A stretch of 64,000 nucleotides of DNA from Octopus sinensis (lineage: Eukaryota), in the NCBI RefSeq assembly GCF_006345805.1, contig NC_043002.1, positions 40,920,001 through 40,984,000 of the forward strand, in the 5' to 3' direction. The notes beneath the pieces were generated by a model. That model was not told the origin of the DNA, did no database searches, and saw only the letters and a list, made by a program, of their open reading frames with translations. A program made the position numbers and the translations under genes. Every line of letters starts with the position of its first letter. The first letter of the stretch is position 1. Shown here piece by piece: positions 26,425-38,904 of the stretch.

Positions 26425-26676
26425 CTTTATTTAAAAGCAGCAGAAATTCAACAAAACCTGTTACTCTGAGTTCCCGTTCCCGTTCGTCAGACAGTTTTTG
26501 TTAAAGTTTTTTTAAATTCTTTTTATTTAACAAAAACTGTCTGACGAACGGGAACGTGAAACTCAGAGTAACAGGTTTTGTTGAATTTCTGCTGCTTTTA
26601 AATAATGCATATTACTCTACTCCTAGTATTTGAGTACTCTTTTTTCCACCTTGTTTCACATTGATGTGTTTACTCC

Positions 26677-26678
<2 letters not shown>
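26425..26678. mobile_element. Foldback hammerhead element (family 2), copy 2
   Basis: Same architecture as 4069-4296. The left inverted arm has a damaged GAAA. Flanked by (TA)n on both sides. Confidence 0.85.
26533..26580 (+). ncRNA. Type-I hammerhead ribozyme, intact (family 2)
   Basis: AAAACUGU CUGACGA ACG-GGAA-CGU GAAA CUC-A-GAG UA^ ACAGGUUUU. Within the ribozyme core it differs from copy 1 only at N7 and the stem III loop base. Confidence 0.88.
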
Positions 26679-26718
<40 letters not shown>

Positions 26719-27410
26719 TTGTTTTGTTTTGTTTAACATCCGTTTTCCATGCTGGCATGGGTTGGATGGTTTGACATGGAGTTGGCAAGCAAAGGGCTGT
26801 CCAGTCTCCAACTGTCTGTTGTGACACTGGTTTCTATGGCTGGATGCCCTTCCTAATGCCAACCATTTAGCAGAGTGTGCTGGGTGCTTTTTATGTGCTA
26901 CCAGCACAGGTATGCTTATGTAGCACGGGCATCGGTGCATTAACATAACACTGGCATGGGTGCTTTTTAAGTGGCATCCACACCTGAAAGAACAAGCCTG
27001 TATATGTGGAACGCAGTGATTTTATTTAGCTTGATGTGTCTTATCAGGTACAGCAAATCACCACGTCTTCCAGTCCCTTGTCAATTCCTCAAAGAATTGA
27101 CAAGGGACTGAGGAAGACCCCTACTCATCACTTCATCCGACATCTTCCTGGATCTACCCCTTCCATAGATACCCTTCACAATTAGAGCTCAGTATTTCTT
27201 TATGCAGCTGTCCTCATCCATATCACATGACCAAACCAGTGCAATATATATATATACAAAATAAGAAAATGGAGGAATAGATTCCTTTCAATCATCAACT
27301 TCCAGATAATACCAATTCATATAATTATTAACTAATTAATTAAATAGGAACATCCAATCCAACAGATATCCCATAGTGGGTTACACTCATAACCCCTATC
27401 TCACTTTGTA

Positions 27411-27506
<96 letters not shown>

Positions 27507-28519
27507 ACATACATACATATATAAAATATCTTTATAAATAAGGATAAGATTGTTATTTCAAATGGCAATCAAATCTAGTGGCAGCATGGGAAGAAAAAAA
27601 ACATTCATAGGTTATAATAATTATTAAAATTATAAATAAAGGTATCTAAGAGATACCATCATGCTTGAAATAGCAGTCAGAACGTGACTCTGAAACCACA
27701 TCAAATATTCAATACAGCACAAGGTGAAAAGATAAAAGACAAATAAAGTAGTAAAAAATGGATATTATTTATAATTTTACACACACACACACACACACAC
27801 ACATGTATGTGTATATATATATATTTAGTATACTTTGAGTGTAAACCTTGTAATGTGCATTTAAGAGTTCTTATGCCATTATTTGGCTACCATATTTGGT
27901 TATATATGCATGCATAAAACTATGTATCGGTTATAGTTCTGATTAGATTATTTAAATACTCTACAGTACAACAGCAATTTAACAAGTAACATTTTGTTTC
28001 TGTGCAAAAGTATGACATCATCACAAAAAAGTCTCTTGTCATTACACACACACAGACACACACATGTACACACAGACACACACACACACTCATAGAGAAA
28101 ACGATATGTTAATACTGTCAGCAATAAATCAAATACCAATAGACAAGATAGGAAGAATTTGATAACTAACACACACACACATACACACATGCACACACAC
28201 GTATGTATATATCAGATATTACAGTGGTAGATCAAGTTGAAAGAAAGCAGTGAAATAATAGAAAAATTTGAAAAATACATAGGAAAGAAAAACAAAAAAA
28301 AAGCAACAAAAAAATTTCTTTTTAGGAAATTTGAACAATTTATATTTTATTCTGAATATCAATCAAATTGATAATGAAGAGAGAGAATTATGATGAAAAT
28401 AACGATGACTGATAATGGTTTCCAACTTATGCACAAGAGCAGCAATTTTTGAGGAAAGGAGGTCCAGTTAATTAGATGACTCAAGTATTTACCCAAGTCC
28501 TTCACTCCCTCTGAAGCAT

Positions 28520-28900
28520 AGGCCGTTGATGAATTTTCTCAACATTTCTTAACTCTGGGCTATCTTTTCTGCTTCTCTCCAGTTATTTGGCTGTCCATCA
28601 TAAGCTGACATTGACTGCTCTTATTCAAACTTTGGGAGTCTTACATGTGGATTACAAGTCCTGCTCTTGATCTGCAGCAGTTGTGACATTCACTGCAGGT
28701 GAAGCTACTTGACATAATGGAGAAGCGGCAACTCTCATGTGCTCTTTCATATCCTCAATGGCTGGAATTATGAGCTTCAATGATCAATAGCTAGGTCCCT
28801 GATTTCTCACCTCTGCCTCAGTATCTCAAGGGCATCCTCTCTTCTGCCTCCCTTTTGGGATCTGTTCTTGCATTTTCTTGAGAGAAATCCTTCATCTCCC
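28520..28900 (-). mobile_element. RTE LINE 3'-end fragment
   Basis: Minus-strand remnants resembling PxGKRKRGRP and WRxLVxGLC of RTE C-termini. Confidence 0.5.
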
Positions 28901-29636
28901 AGATGTTGTTGGTTTTGAATTGTCACCAATTCTTTAGTGACTTTGCTTTTTTTCTCTAGGTAGGGGTGTTAACTCTGCACAAATCCATTGTTGCTTCTGG
29001 GAAGATGTGATCCATATTAGTCTGGCATCTATCCTTTGACCTTTCCATTATGGGAGGCCCTACTAGGAGCTTGCACTACACATTTTTGATTCAAAGGTCA
29101 AGCCTTGTCACATGTATTTCATGCTGATTCTGCTAGTGAATTACACTGAGTACAGGCACATGGTTCAGTGGTTAGAGTGTTGGGCTCACAATCACAAGGT
29201 AGTGAGTTCAATTCTTGGACCGGGCTGTGTGTTGTTTTTGAGCAAAACTCTTTATTTCATGTTGCTCCATTTCACTCCAGTGTAGAAATGAGTTGCAACA
29301 TCACTGGTATCAAGTCTTTGCCTTTCCTTTCGATAACAACAGTGGCATTGAGAGGGGAAGCTGGTATGCATGGGCAACTGCTAATCTTTCATAAACAAAC
29401 TTGCCTGGACTTGAACCTCAGAGGGGAACTTTCTAGGTGTAATCCCATGGTCATTCATGACCAAAGGAAGTCTTTATCCTTAACACATGTCTGTGGAGTG
29501 CTCAGACACTTTTATGCTAGCTCAAGGAACAGGTCATTCACTGGCGAAAGTGTCAGAGCTTCATTTTCTTTTACTGTTTCTGCAATTCCACTAAACATAT
29601 AATGACTTAATAATAAAATGAAAATAAAACACATAC

Positions 29637-29752
29637 CTAATGAGTTGTTTACTGTTTCACTCTTTGCCAATATCATTAGAAATTCATAAAAGGACACTCG
29701 AACAGTTGCCATCGGTGTTAAAATGTCTTGGAGGACATCAGGCGCAGGAGAG
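29637..29752 (-). CDS. CSTPP1: Next internal coding exon of the CSTPP1-like gene
   Basis: ttgttttcag|C acceptor and G|GTATGT donor; 116 nt, phase 2 in, phase 1 out, joining in frame to the 37324 exon. Encodes SPAPDVLQDILTPMATVRVSFYEFLMILAKSETVNNSL(G), versus recalled human CPPPALVKEALSNVQRLTFYGFLMALSKHRGINQALG. Confidence 0.85.
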
Positions 29753-30666
29753 CTGAAAACAAATTATTAACAGACGTTTTATTAAAAATGTCAAAAGTAT
29801 AATCTTTTATTCTTTTACTAGTTTCATTCATTGGTCTGTGGCCATCCCTGAGACATCACCTTCAAGAGGATCCAACAAGACAGCCCCTAACTGGCTCCGA
29901 GTCTGCTAGAAATGACAGTCAACTATCTCTTAAGTTTCAGCTTAGAAAAGGAAGTATTGAATATTGTGGCTCTGTGTTCCCTGCACATGGATGAAAGACA
30001 GAGTGGTCACTGTTAGAATTATTGATTATTGGTCTGCTTGATCAGAGGTGACCTGGGGTTAAACAACAACAAAAAGCAATTACATTAAGAAAAGTCTGTT
30101 CAGTTATATTGACCTTAGTATATGACTGGTATTTACTTTATTAACCTTGGACTGAGGGTGCAGGTGTGGTTGTGTGGTTGAAAAGTTTGCTTCCAAGCCA
30201 CGTGGTCTTGAGTTTAGTATCACCATATTGCACCTTGGTAAGTGTCTTCTGCCTAAATCTTTGAGTGGACAGAATCTAAAAGAAGCCCATTGTGTGTGTG
30301 TATGGAGACAGCTCCCAGCTGGACAGCTTCATGTCAAACCGTCCAACCCATGCCAGCATGGAAAATGGATGTTAAATGATGATGATGATGGTGATGATGA
30401 TGATGGTGGTGGTGATGATGATGATGATGATGATGTATATCTTAAAAAAATAACAATGAACTTATTGTATACAGTGCTCAGAACAGGAGGGGACACATGG
30501 GATGGAGAATTGCTGAAGAGGTCACAGGATATGTGACGAAAGATTTCCAGATAAAGGATACTAAAATAAGAACAATAATAAAGCTGAAGTGAAGAATGAG
30601 TATATAATGCATGTGTTTATTTGGCAAAAGGTAAAAAAAATGACCATCCCAAAATATAACAATATA

Positions 30667-31938
30667 TCAGGCTGAGTAAAATGTAAGCAACGTTTTGAAA
30701 TATGAAATTCATCACACTATGTCTCAACAATGCAGAAATTTTATTCCTCAAAGTAAGTACCATTACAATCAGCACATTTTTGCCAATGAGATACAAGTTT
30801 GTTTATTCCGGTAACATAAACTTCTGGAGTTCTGGAGCTGATGAACCCTTTGAACACGCTTTCAGCATCGGTTTGATTTTTGAACTCCTCTCACAAAAAG
30901 CCATCAAGGTGCTTGCAAAAGTGGTAGTTGGGAGGAGAAAGGTCTGAGGAATAAGCTGGATAGAGAAGAACTTTGTAGGCAAGTTCTCTCAACATCTGGA
31001 GCATCATTAGTGAAACATGTGGTCAAGCATTGTCATGAAGAATGACTGGCCCTCTTCTATTGACCAGTCTGGGATGGAAAAGTGGCAGTTTTTTGTTCAT
31101 TTTGGCAATTTAATAGCAATATGTTTCTGCAGTAATGGTTTTTCTGGGTTTTAAGAAGTTATAGTGGATGAGTCCAGCAGTACACCACCAAACAGTCACC
31201 ATAACCTTCTTTTTGAAGAGCTTGGGTTTAGGGAAGGTTTCGATGCTTCATTTTGGTCCTATCATTGCGAAGAACATTTTTTATTATTGTACAGAATCTA
31301 CTTTTCATTGCAAGTTACAATACGGTCAAGAACTGGATCGGTCTAGTTATGGAGAAGAAGCGATGATCAAATTTCATATCTGCTCATTTTCTGATTTTCA
31401 TTCAAATTGTGTGATTTGTCGAGCTTTTTTGATTTTCTGATTGCATGCAAATGGTTACAGGCAGTTTTCTGGCTAACTTGAAATTCTTTTGCCAGTTCTC
31501 AGTGGTTTTACGTGGATTTTTCTCAATGATGGTCTTTAATTGACAGCCATCAATGACAGAAGGTTGTCCACTATGCTGACGACCTTCAAGGCACAGATCT
31601 CCACTTGAAATCATTCAAACCATTATCGAGCAGACTATTCACTGGTCATTTCCTCACCAAACATTTTGTTGATATTGCGAGCAGTTTCAGCTGCTTTACA
31701 TCCTTTTTTGAAGTTGTATAGCAAAATTGCTCGAATATCATGCTTCGACAGTTCCATTTCAGATGATTGTAACAACGGTGAAAAAAATCTCAATGTTAAT
31801 TTATTGATGCATTTAGATAAGTCTGTCTGTATTATCAGAAAATTGTAAAAATGTATTTAAAAAAAATTTATAACTCTGCAAAAATCCAGTACAAATCCTT
31901 CATGGTTCAAATCATTGCTTAGTTTTTACTCAACCTGA
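30667..31938 (-). mobile_element. Near full-length decayed mariner transposon
   Basis: TIRs TCAGGYTGAGTAAAA flanked by TA, about 1.27 kb. Minus-strand remnants SGDLCLEGRQHSGQPSVIDGCQLKTIIEKNPRKTT and a KVMVTVWWCTAGLIHYNFL-type segment. Confidence 0.85.
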
Positions 31939-32033
31939 TACATATACAAATACAAACATACATACATACATACATCATACGTATGTACGTACGTACATAC
32001 ATACATACATACATACATACATACATACATACA

Positions 32034-32068
<35 letters not shown>

Positions 32069-35000
32069 GTCATGGTATCACAGTATTGACCAGACTATTG
32101 GATGGTATTTTTGCTGGCCACAATGCGCTTTGCATCATTTTAGCATTTGAATGATGCCACTCCACTGGCTAGGCAAACCAGCCAACATTTCCCCTGGTCA
32201 GAAGGCTTATCTGTCACAGAGTTATGCATTTACAGCTGCGTGGACTGGAGTAATGTGAAATGAAAGTGTTTTGCTTAAGAACACAATGCACAGTGGGTTT
32301 GAGAATTGAAACTATGATCTCATGATCATGAGTGCAACACCACAAACCACTAGGCCATGTGCTTTGTGTGTGTGTGTAACACACACACACACACACACAT
32401 ATATTTGTATATGTGTGCATGTGTCCATGTGTACGCTTGTCAAGACATCACATTGCAATTATAAATCAGCATCATTGTCATATAAACGAGGTGTTCATTT
32501 CCAGTTTTTCATAAAAAGTCATATCATGCTATGGGTAGATATATATTACCTCACTTGGAAACAAGTTGGGGGTGTGTTGGTGACTAGAAGGGTATCTGAC
32601 TGTAGAAAAGCTGCCTCAGCATAATTCCATTTGACCCATATCAGCATGAAAAAGTGAATGTTAAATGATGATGATGATGATGAAAGGCAAAGGTAATCTA
32701 GTTAGGACTTGAAGTCAGACCATAAAGTAAGTGCACAACTAAATATCTAAATGTATTATCTCAGATGCTCTACCGACTAAGCTAACTGTAGTTCTAGTGG
32801 ATGTTTACACTACTTTAAGAAGACTAGCGGTAGTACCTGACCATATCCAAATTATTGGTACCTAACATAGTCTGTTATTGTTCTTTTTACTTTTTTACTT
32901 GTTTCAGTCATTTGACTGCAGCCATACTGGGGCAGCAGCTTTGGAGAATTGATAGTCAAATGAATTGAATTCAGTGCTTATTTGTTTCAAAGCCTGGTAC
33001 TTATTTTATCAGTCTCTTTTGCTGAACTGGTAAGTTATGGGGACATAAACATACCAACACCAGTTGTTAAGCAATGGTGGGACACACATACACACACACA
33101 TGCACGTGTGCACCCACCCACCCACCCACCCACACACACATGCAGGCTTCTTTCAGTTTCCATTTACCAAATCCTCTCACAAGTCATTGGTCGGTCTGAG
33201 GCTATAGCAGAAGATGGTTGCCCAAGGTGCCAGGCAGTGGGACAGAACCTGGAACCATGCAGTTTGGAAGCAAGTTTTCTACCACACAGCCCCAATACAT
33301 CAATGCAGCTACATGAATTCACTATATTTTAAATAAATTGCTTTAAGAAGTTGTTACCAATCTTCTGTAGGCTTAGAAATGTTGATTTATTTAGAATTAT
33401 TGTATCCAAGTTTCATAGAAATTTTACAGTTGTCATCACTGCTGCCACTCCTATTGTTGTTTTAATGTCCACTTTTCCATGCTTGCATGGGTTAGAAGGA
33501 ATTCACTGAGGCAGATTTTCTATGGACAGATGCTCTCCCTATTAACAGCCGTTATTTGTTTCTAAGTAATCTTTTATCATTTACTTGTTTCACTTATTAG
33601 ACTACGGCCATGCTGGGGCACCACCTTGTAGAACTTTCAGTCAAATAAATCAACCCCTGTGCTTATTTGTGCTTTTAAGCTTGGCACTTAATTCATTAGT
33701 CTCTCTTTGCTGAACTGCTAAGTTATGGGGATGTAAACAAACCAACACTGGTTGTATAACAGTGGCAGGGGACAAACATAGACATAAAGACACACTTACA
33801 CACACACATATAAAGATATGATAGGTTTCTTTTCAGTTTCCATCTTCCAAATCCACTCACAAGGTTTTGGTCAGCCCGAGGCTATAGTAGAAGCCACTTG
33901 CCCAAAGTGCTATGCAGTGGGACTGAACTTGGAACTGTGTGGTTGGGAAGCAAGCTTCTTATCACACAGCCACAGTAATATTTCCCTATGACTAAAGTGG
34001 TGAGCTGGCAGAAACGTTAGCATGCCGGGCGAAATGTTTAGTGGTATTTCATCTGTCTTTACGTTCTGAGTTCAAATTCTGCAGAGGTCGACTTTGCCTT
34101 TCATCCTTTCGAGGTCGATAAATTAAGGACCAGTTACGCACTGGGGTTGATGTAATCGACTTAATCCGTTTGTCTGTCCTTGTTTGTTCCCTTTGTGTTT
34201 AGCCCCTTGTGGGTAGTAAAGAAATAGGTATTTCATCTGTCTTTACATTCTGAGTTCAAATTCTGCTGAGGTTAACTTTGCCTTTCATCCTTTTGGGACC
34301 AATAAATTAAGTATCAGTTGCATACTGGGGTCGATCTAATTGACTGGTCCCCCTCCCGCAAAATTTCGGTCCTTGTACCTAGAGTAGAAAAGAATATTTC
34401 CCTATGATCGGACATGGTTTTGCAGAAGATTGGCAATGAGGGACACCATTTGCATGACAACGATAATTGTTCACAACCATGGCACAACGTCAAGACAAGG
34501 AGATACAAACACACAGAGGCACACACATGATGGTCTTCTTTCAGTCTCCATCTACCAAATCTGCTCACAAGGATTGGGTTGGCCTGGGGCAGACACTTTA
34601 CTTGATTAAGGTGCTCTACAGTGGAATTGAAATCCAAACTATATAGAAACAAATTTCTTAACCACACAACATGCTTAGATTTGAAAATGTTTACAAAAAC
34701 AGGAAGTAAAAATTTTTTATATTTAGCAGACAAATATAAATCGTAGAATAAAATTTTACTTTTACATAGTTGTTTTTATATTCTTGAAACATATGCTTTT
34801 TTTTTTTTTCCATGATACTGTACTAATTTACTTTAAATTACTAATTTACTCATAATTACTCTAAATGAATTATTTTTCTAATCAGTAAATTTTTTTCCAA
34901 TTTTTATTGCAGAGCTTGGGGATATACAATATTCTTAGTTTTTTTTTGTTTTTTTTTTCTGACAGAAGTTAAAAAAGAACAAATTTCAGAAAGAAAACAT

Positions 35001-35636
35001 AAAAAAAAGCAAAAATGTCATATATCACATGACCTCTTCCTCTTTGAAAAGATTACACCTCTACAAAAGACTCTGCAAAACTAGGTGCAAAATTGTGGCT
35101 TAAAATTTGGAACATACATACCATATTTAATTACACAGAAGATATGTATTAGATATATCTCAATTCCAACAGAGCATATTCAAGAAAAAGAATGTCAGGG
35201 ACAAAATTAGATTATGGGCAACCAATTTTGCATATAGAATGCAGAGTTTTGGAAAAAATGTGACTTATATACCATCAGATATGGTAATTATGTTTCCTTA
35301 TATCTTCTTTTATTTGTTTCAGACTTTGGACTGCAGCCATGTTGGGGCACCATCTTGAAGGGTTTAGTTGAATAAATCCAACCCAGTACTTAGTTTTTAA
35401 ACCAGGTACTTATTCTGCAGGTCTCTTTAGCCAAATCATTAAGTTATGGGGATGTAAACAAGTCAACACCAGATGTCAAGTGGTAGTGGGAGAGAACCAC
35501 AAAGACACACACACATATACATATATGACAGGCTTCTTTCAGTTTCCACCAACCAAATCCACAAGAGTTTGGTTGGCCTGAGGCTATAGTAGAAGACATT
35601 TGTCCAAGGTGCCAAATAGTGGGATTGAATGTGGAA

Positions 35637-35774
35637 TGTACATTATTTACATTTAACAGATATTTGTCCTCATTATGCTTGTTGTTAACACAACATTTCG
35701 ACTTATATACTCTCCAGCCTTCGTCAGGTGTCTTGGGGAAATTTCGAATCTGAGCTATTATTATTATTATTATA

Positions 35775-35811
<37 letters not shown>

Positions 35812-35952
35812 TCACTGCTTGGAATCGGACTCGGAATCTTGGGGTTAGTAGCCTGCGCTCTTAACCACTATGCCATATGCCCGTGGGTGTAGTGGTTAAG
35901 AGCATGGGCTACTAACCCCAAGATTCCGAGTCCGATTCCAAGCAGTGACCTG

Positions 35953-35983
<31 letters not shown>

Positions 35984-36531
35984 TTTTAGCGTCTGCTTTC
36001 CATGCTAGCATGGGTTGGACGGTTCAACTGGGGTCTGTGAAGCCAGAAGGCTGCATCAGGCCCAGTCTGATCTGGCAGTGTTTCTACAGCTGGATGCCCT
36101 TCCTAACGCCAACCACTCCGTGAGTGTAGTGGGTGCTTTTTACGTGCCACCCGCATAGGTGCCAGACGGAGCTGGCAAACGGCCACGGACGGATGGTGCT
36201 TTTTACGTGCCACCGACATAGGGGCCAGGCGAGGCTGGCAACGGCCACGAACGGATGGTGCTTTTATGTGCCACCGGCACAGGGGTCAGGCGAGGCTGGC
36301 AATGGCCACGAACGGATGGTGCTATGTGCTACTGGCACGGGGGCCTGGCGAGGCTGCCAACGGACACGAACGGATGGTGCTTTTACGTGCCACCGGCACG
36401 GAGGCCAGTCGAGGCGGCGCTGGCAACGGCCATGATCGGATGGTTCGCTTACTTGTCACCGGCACTGGTATCACATCTGCAATTTCCATTGATGTTGATC
36501 GACTTCGATTTTGGTTCTGCAACTTCGATTT

Positions 36532-36580
<49 letters not shown>

Positions 36581-36757
36581 CAACATCGAAAAATACCTTA
36601 GGAATGAGAACCCAGGTCCGAAATTTCCCCAAGGCACCTAATGAAGGCTGAAGGGTGTATCAGCCGAAACGTTGTGTTAACAACAAACAAGATGAGAACA
36701 AATATCCGTTAAATGTAAATAATGTATGTAATTCCTCATCTCTTAAATATAGAACTG
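35637..36757. mobile_element. Second copy of the tRNA-head + hammerhead-tail element: two units head-to-head, with a nested insertion
   Basis: Minus unit 35881->35637 and plus unit 35883->36757 both carry the tRNA-like head, (AAT)n and the HHR tail. HHRs at 35687-35732 (-, CUGACGA, GAAAU) and 36633-36678 (+, CUAAUGA = G5A). The plus unit is interrupted at about 35956-36530. Confidence 0.85.
35956..36530 (-). mobile_element. (GAT)n-tailed retroelement (family D) with an internal ~60-bp VNTR
   Basis: Tail GCATGGAAAGCAGACGCTAAAA(GAT)n, motif GGTTGGCGTTAGGAAGGGCATCCAGC, about 5.5 GC-rich repeat units at 36131-36470. Other copies ~10990-11270, 26730-26990, 39090-39420, 44360-44590, 46050-46480, 62615-62980. 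Confidence 0.8.
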
Positions 36758-36894
36758 AATTTTTCATTTGGTATGCCATTCAGAAAGTCTGACAGTTTCC
36801 AGTTTGCCCATGTCCAGTTTAGATGATAGGAGATTTGGTTACTAGCAAAAGGGTTACTGGTTCATATCTTATAAGCAGCACTATCACTGGCTCC

Positions 36895-36996
36895 ACATCA
36901 CACCACTGCCACAGCTACCAGTGCCATCACCACTATTGATACTTCCACTACCATTACCATCATCAATACTACTACTTTTACTACTATTACCACCAT

Positions 36997-37057
<61 letters not shown>

Positions 37058-37241
37058 ACCACTACTACTAGTGTTGCTGCTGCTGCTACTATTGCTGCTG
37101 CTACTACTACTACTACTACTACTGCTGCTATTACCACTACTACTAATGTTGCTGCTGCTGCTGCTACTACTACTATGACTACTACTACTGCTGCTGCTGC
37201 TACTGCTACCACTACTACTAGTGTTGCTGCTGCTGCTGCTG

Positions 37242-37279
<38 letters not shown>

Positions 37280-37312
37280 GCCACTGCTGCTGCTGCTGCT
37301 GCTATTACTAAT
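36895..37312. repeat. Compound triplet block (ACT/GCT/CCA) abutting the exon donor
   Basis: Alternating (ACT)n and (GCT)n with a recurring CCACTACTACTAGTGTTGCTGCT unit; starts about 10 nt into the intron. Confidence 0.9.
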
Positions 37313-37323
37313 ACTGTTGTTAC

Positions 37324-37519
37324 CTTATTTTACTGGTCTTGCAAAGATGACCAACCGCTCGCAGTAAGCTTGCTGTCTCAACGCCATCTGCTGGTGGTGC
37401 ATTATTGGCTGGAGTTGACTGGACATTGGCTAAATCGGAGGTGGGAACCACAACTGGGTCACGTGGACTACGTTGGCTGCAAAGCACGGAATAAATCTCT
37501 TGACATTTTCCAATGAATT
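37324..37519 (-). CDS. CSTPP1: Internal coding exon of a CSTPP1/C11orf49 (UPF0705)-like gene
   Basis: Long pyrimidine tract + AG acceptor (ttttcttag|AA) and AG|GTAACA donor; 196 nt, phase 1 in, phase 2 out. Encodes (E)FIGKCQEIYSVLCSQRSPRDPVVVPTSDLANVQSTPANNAPPADGVETASLLRAVGHLCKTSKI(S), which aligns with my recollection of human C11orf49 EFLDSVAAIYEDLLSGKNPNTVIVPTS...EGVEASLFYQCLENLCDRHKYS. The identity is from memory and needs BLASTP. Confidence 0.85.
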
Positions 37520-37951
37520 CTAAGAAAAAAAGAAAAGAAAAAGAAAACAAATAATAAACAAATAAAAAGTGTAAAGGTAGCATATCAGTTATTTTCACAG
37601 AAGGTGTGGGTTCTAATCCCATGAGCAGCCATCCACTTTTTTTTAGGTGCAGGTGTGGCTGTATGGTTAAGAAGCTTGCTTCCTAGCCATGTGTCTTTGG
37701 TTCAGTCCCAACTGCATGGTACCTTGAGCAAGTATCTTCTACTGGAGCCCCAGACTATGTGTCTTTGTTTGTCCCCCACCACTACTTGGCAGCCAGTAAC
37801 TTAGCAGTTTTGCAAAAGAGACTGATGGAATAGGTACAAGGCTTAAAAAAACATAAGTACTAGAATTGATTCCTTCAACTAGAAATTCTTGAAGGTGATA
37901 CTCCAGCATGGTTGCAGTCTCATGATTGAAACTTGCAAAAGATAATAATTA

Positions 37952-38320
<369 letters not shown>

Positions 38321-38322
38321 TG

Positions 38323-38372
<50 letters not shown>

Positions 38373-38694
38373 GCATATATGTATGATTATTTGGTTTGTT
38401 TATATCCTGTAACTTAGTGGTTCAGCAAAGGAGATGAATAGAATAAGCATCAGAGCTAAAAATTATAAGTACTGGGAAGAAAGTAGCTGTAGGTTAAATT
38501 ACATTATTTAGTATGACAACCTGAACATTTTTCATTAAATTTACTGTCCACTTTGTTATTACATGTCTTAGCATTTTTGATAGATCATTGCAGGACCATC
38601 TTAACTATATCTTAGCTCCTGGGCTGAAGCAATGCATCATGGACCCTCGATTTGAGGAACCCTTGGGTAATTATCACATTTGCTCATATCTTAA

Positions 38695-38904
38695 TCATTT
38701 GGCATTTAAACTGGACATATCTAGCCCAAATATTCTACCTGTTTTATGTTCAAACTAGCCTGCCACATCCACCCTACAATGTCTTTCTATAAATGAACAA
38801 TCACATTATTGAAATCTCAAAGCAGTGAGATAATGGATGCTTAATTCAAAACAATGTGAATAAATAAGCATTACATTTGACAGAGTAATCAGAGTGCTAA
38901 AGAG
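38695..38904. mobile_element. TTAA-flanked MITE family 2, second copy
   Basis: TTAA flanks; internal sequence shared with 14446-14666. Confidence 0.7.

Noticed and set aside
33354-33372. 14-nt minus-strand micro-exon candidate
   Set aside because: Exons 37324 and 29752 already join in phase and match the homologue without it.
35810-35955. tRNA-like sequences as genuine tRNA genes (also the other SINE heads)
   Set aside because: A and B boxes are present, but acceptor and anticodon stems do not pair properly and they run into SINE bodies.
36131-36470. Regular ~60-bp repeats as a CRISPR-like array
   Set aside because: No unique spacers; degenerate tandem units inside a eukaryotic retroelement.
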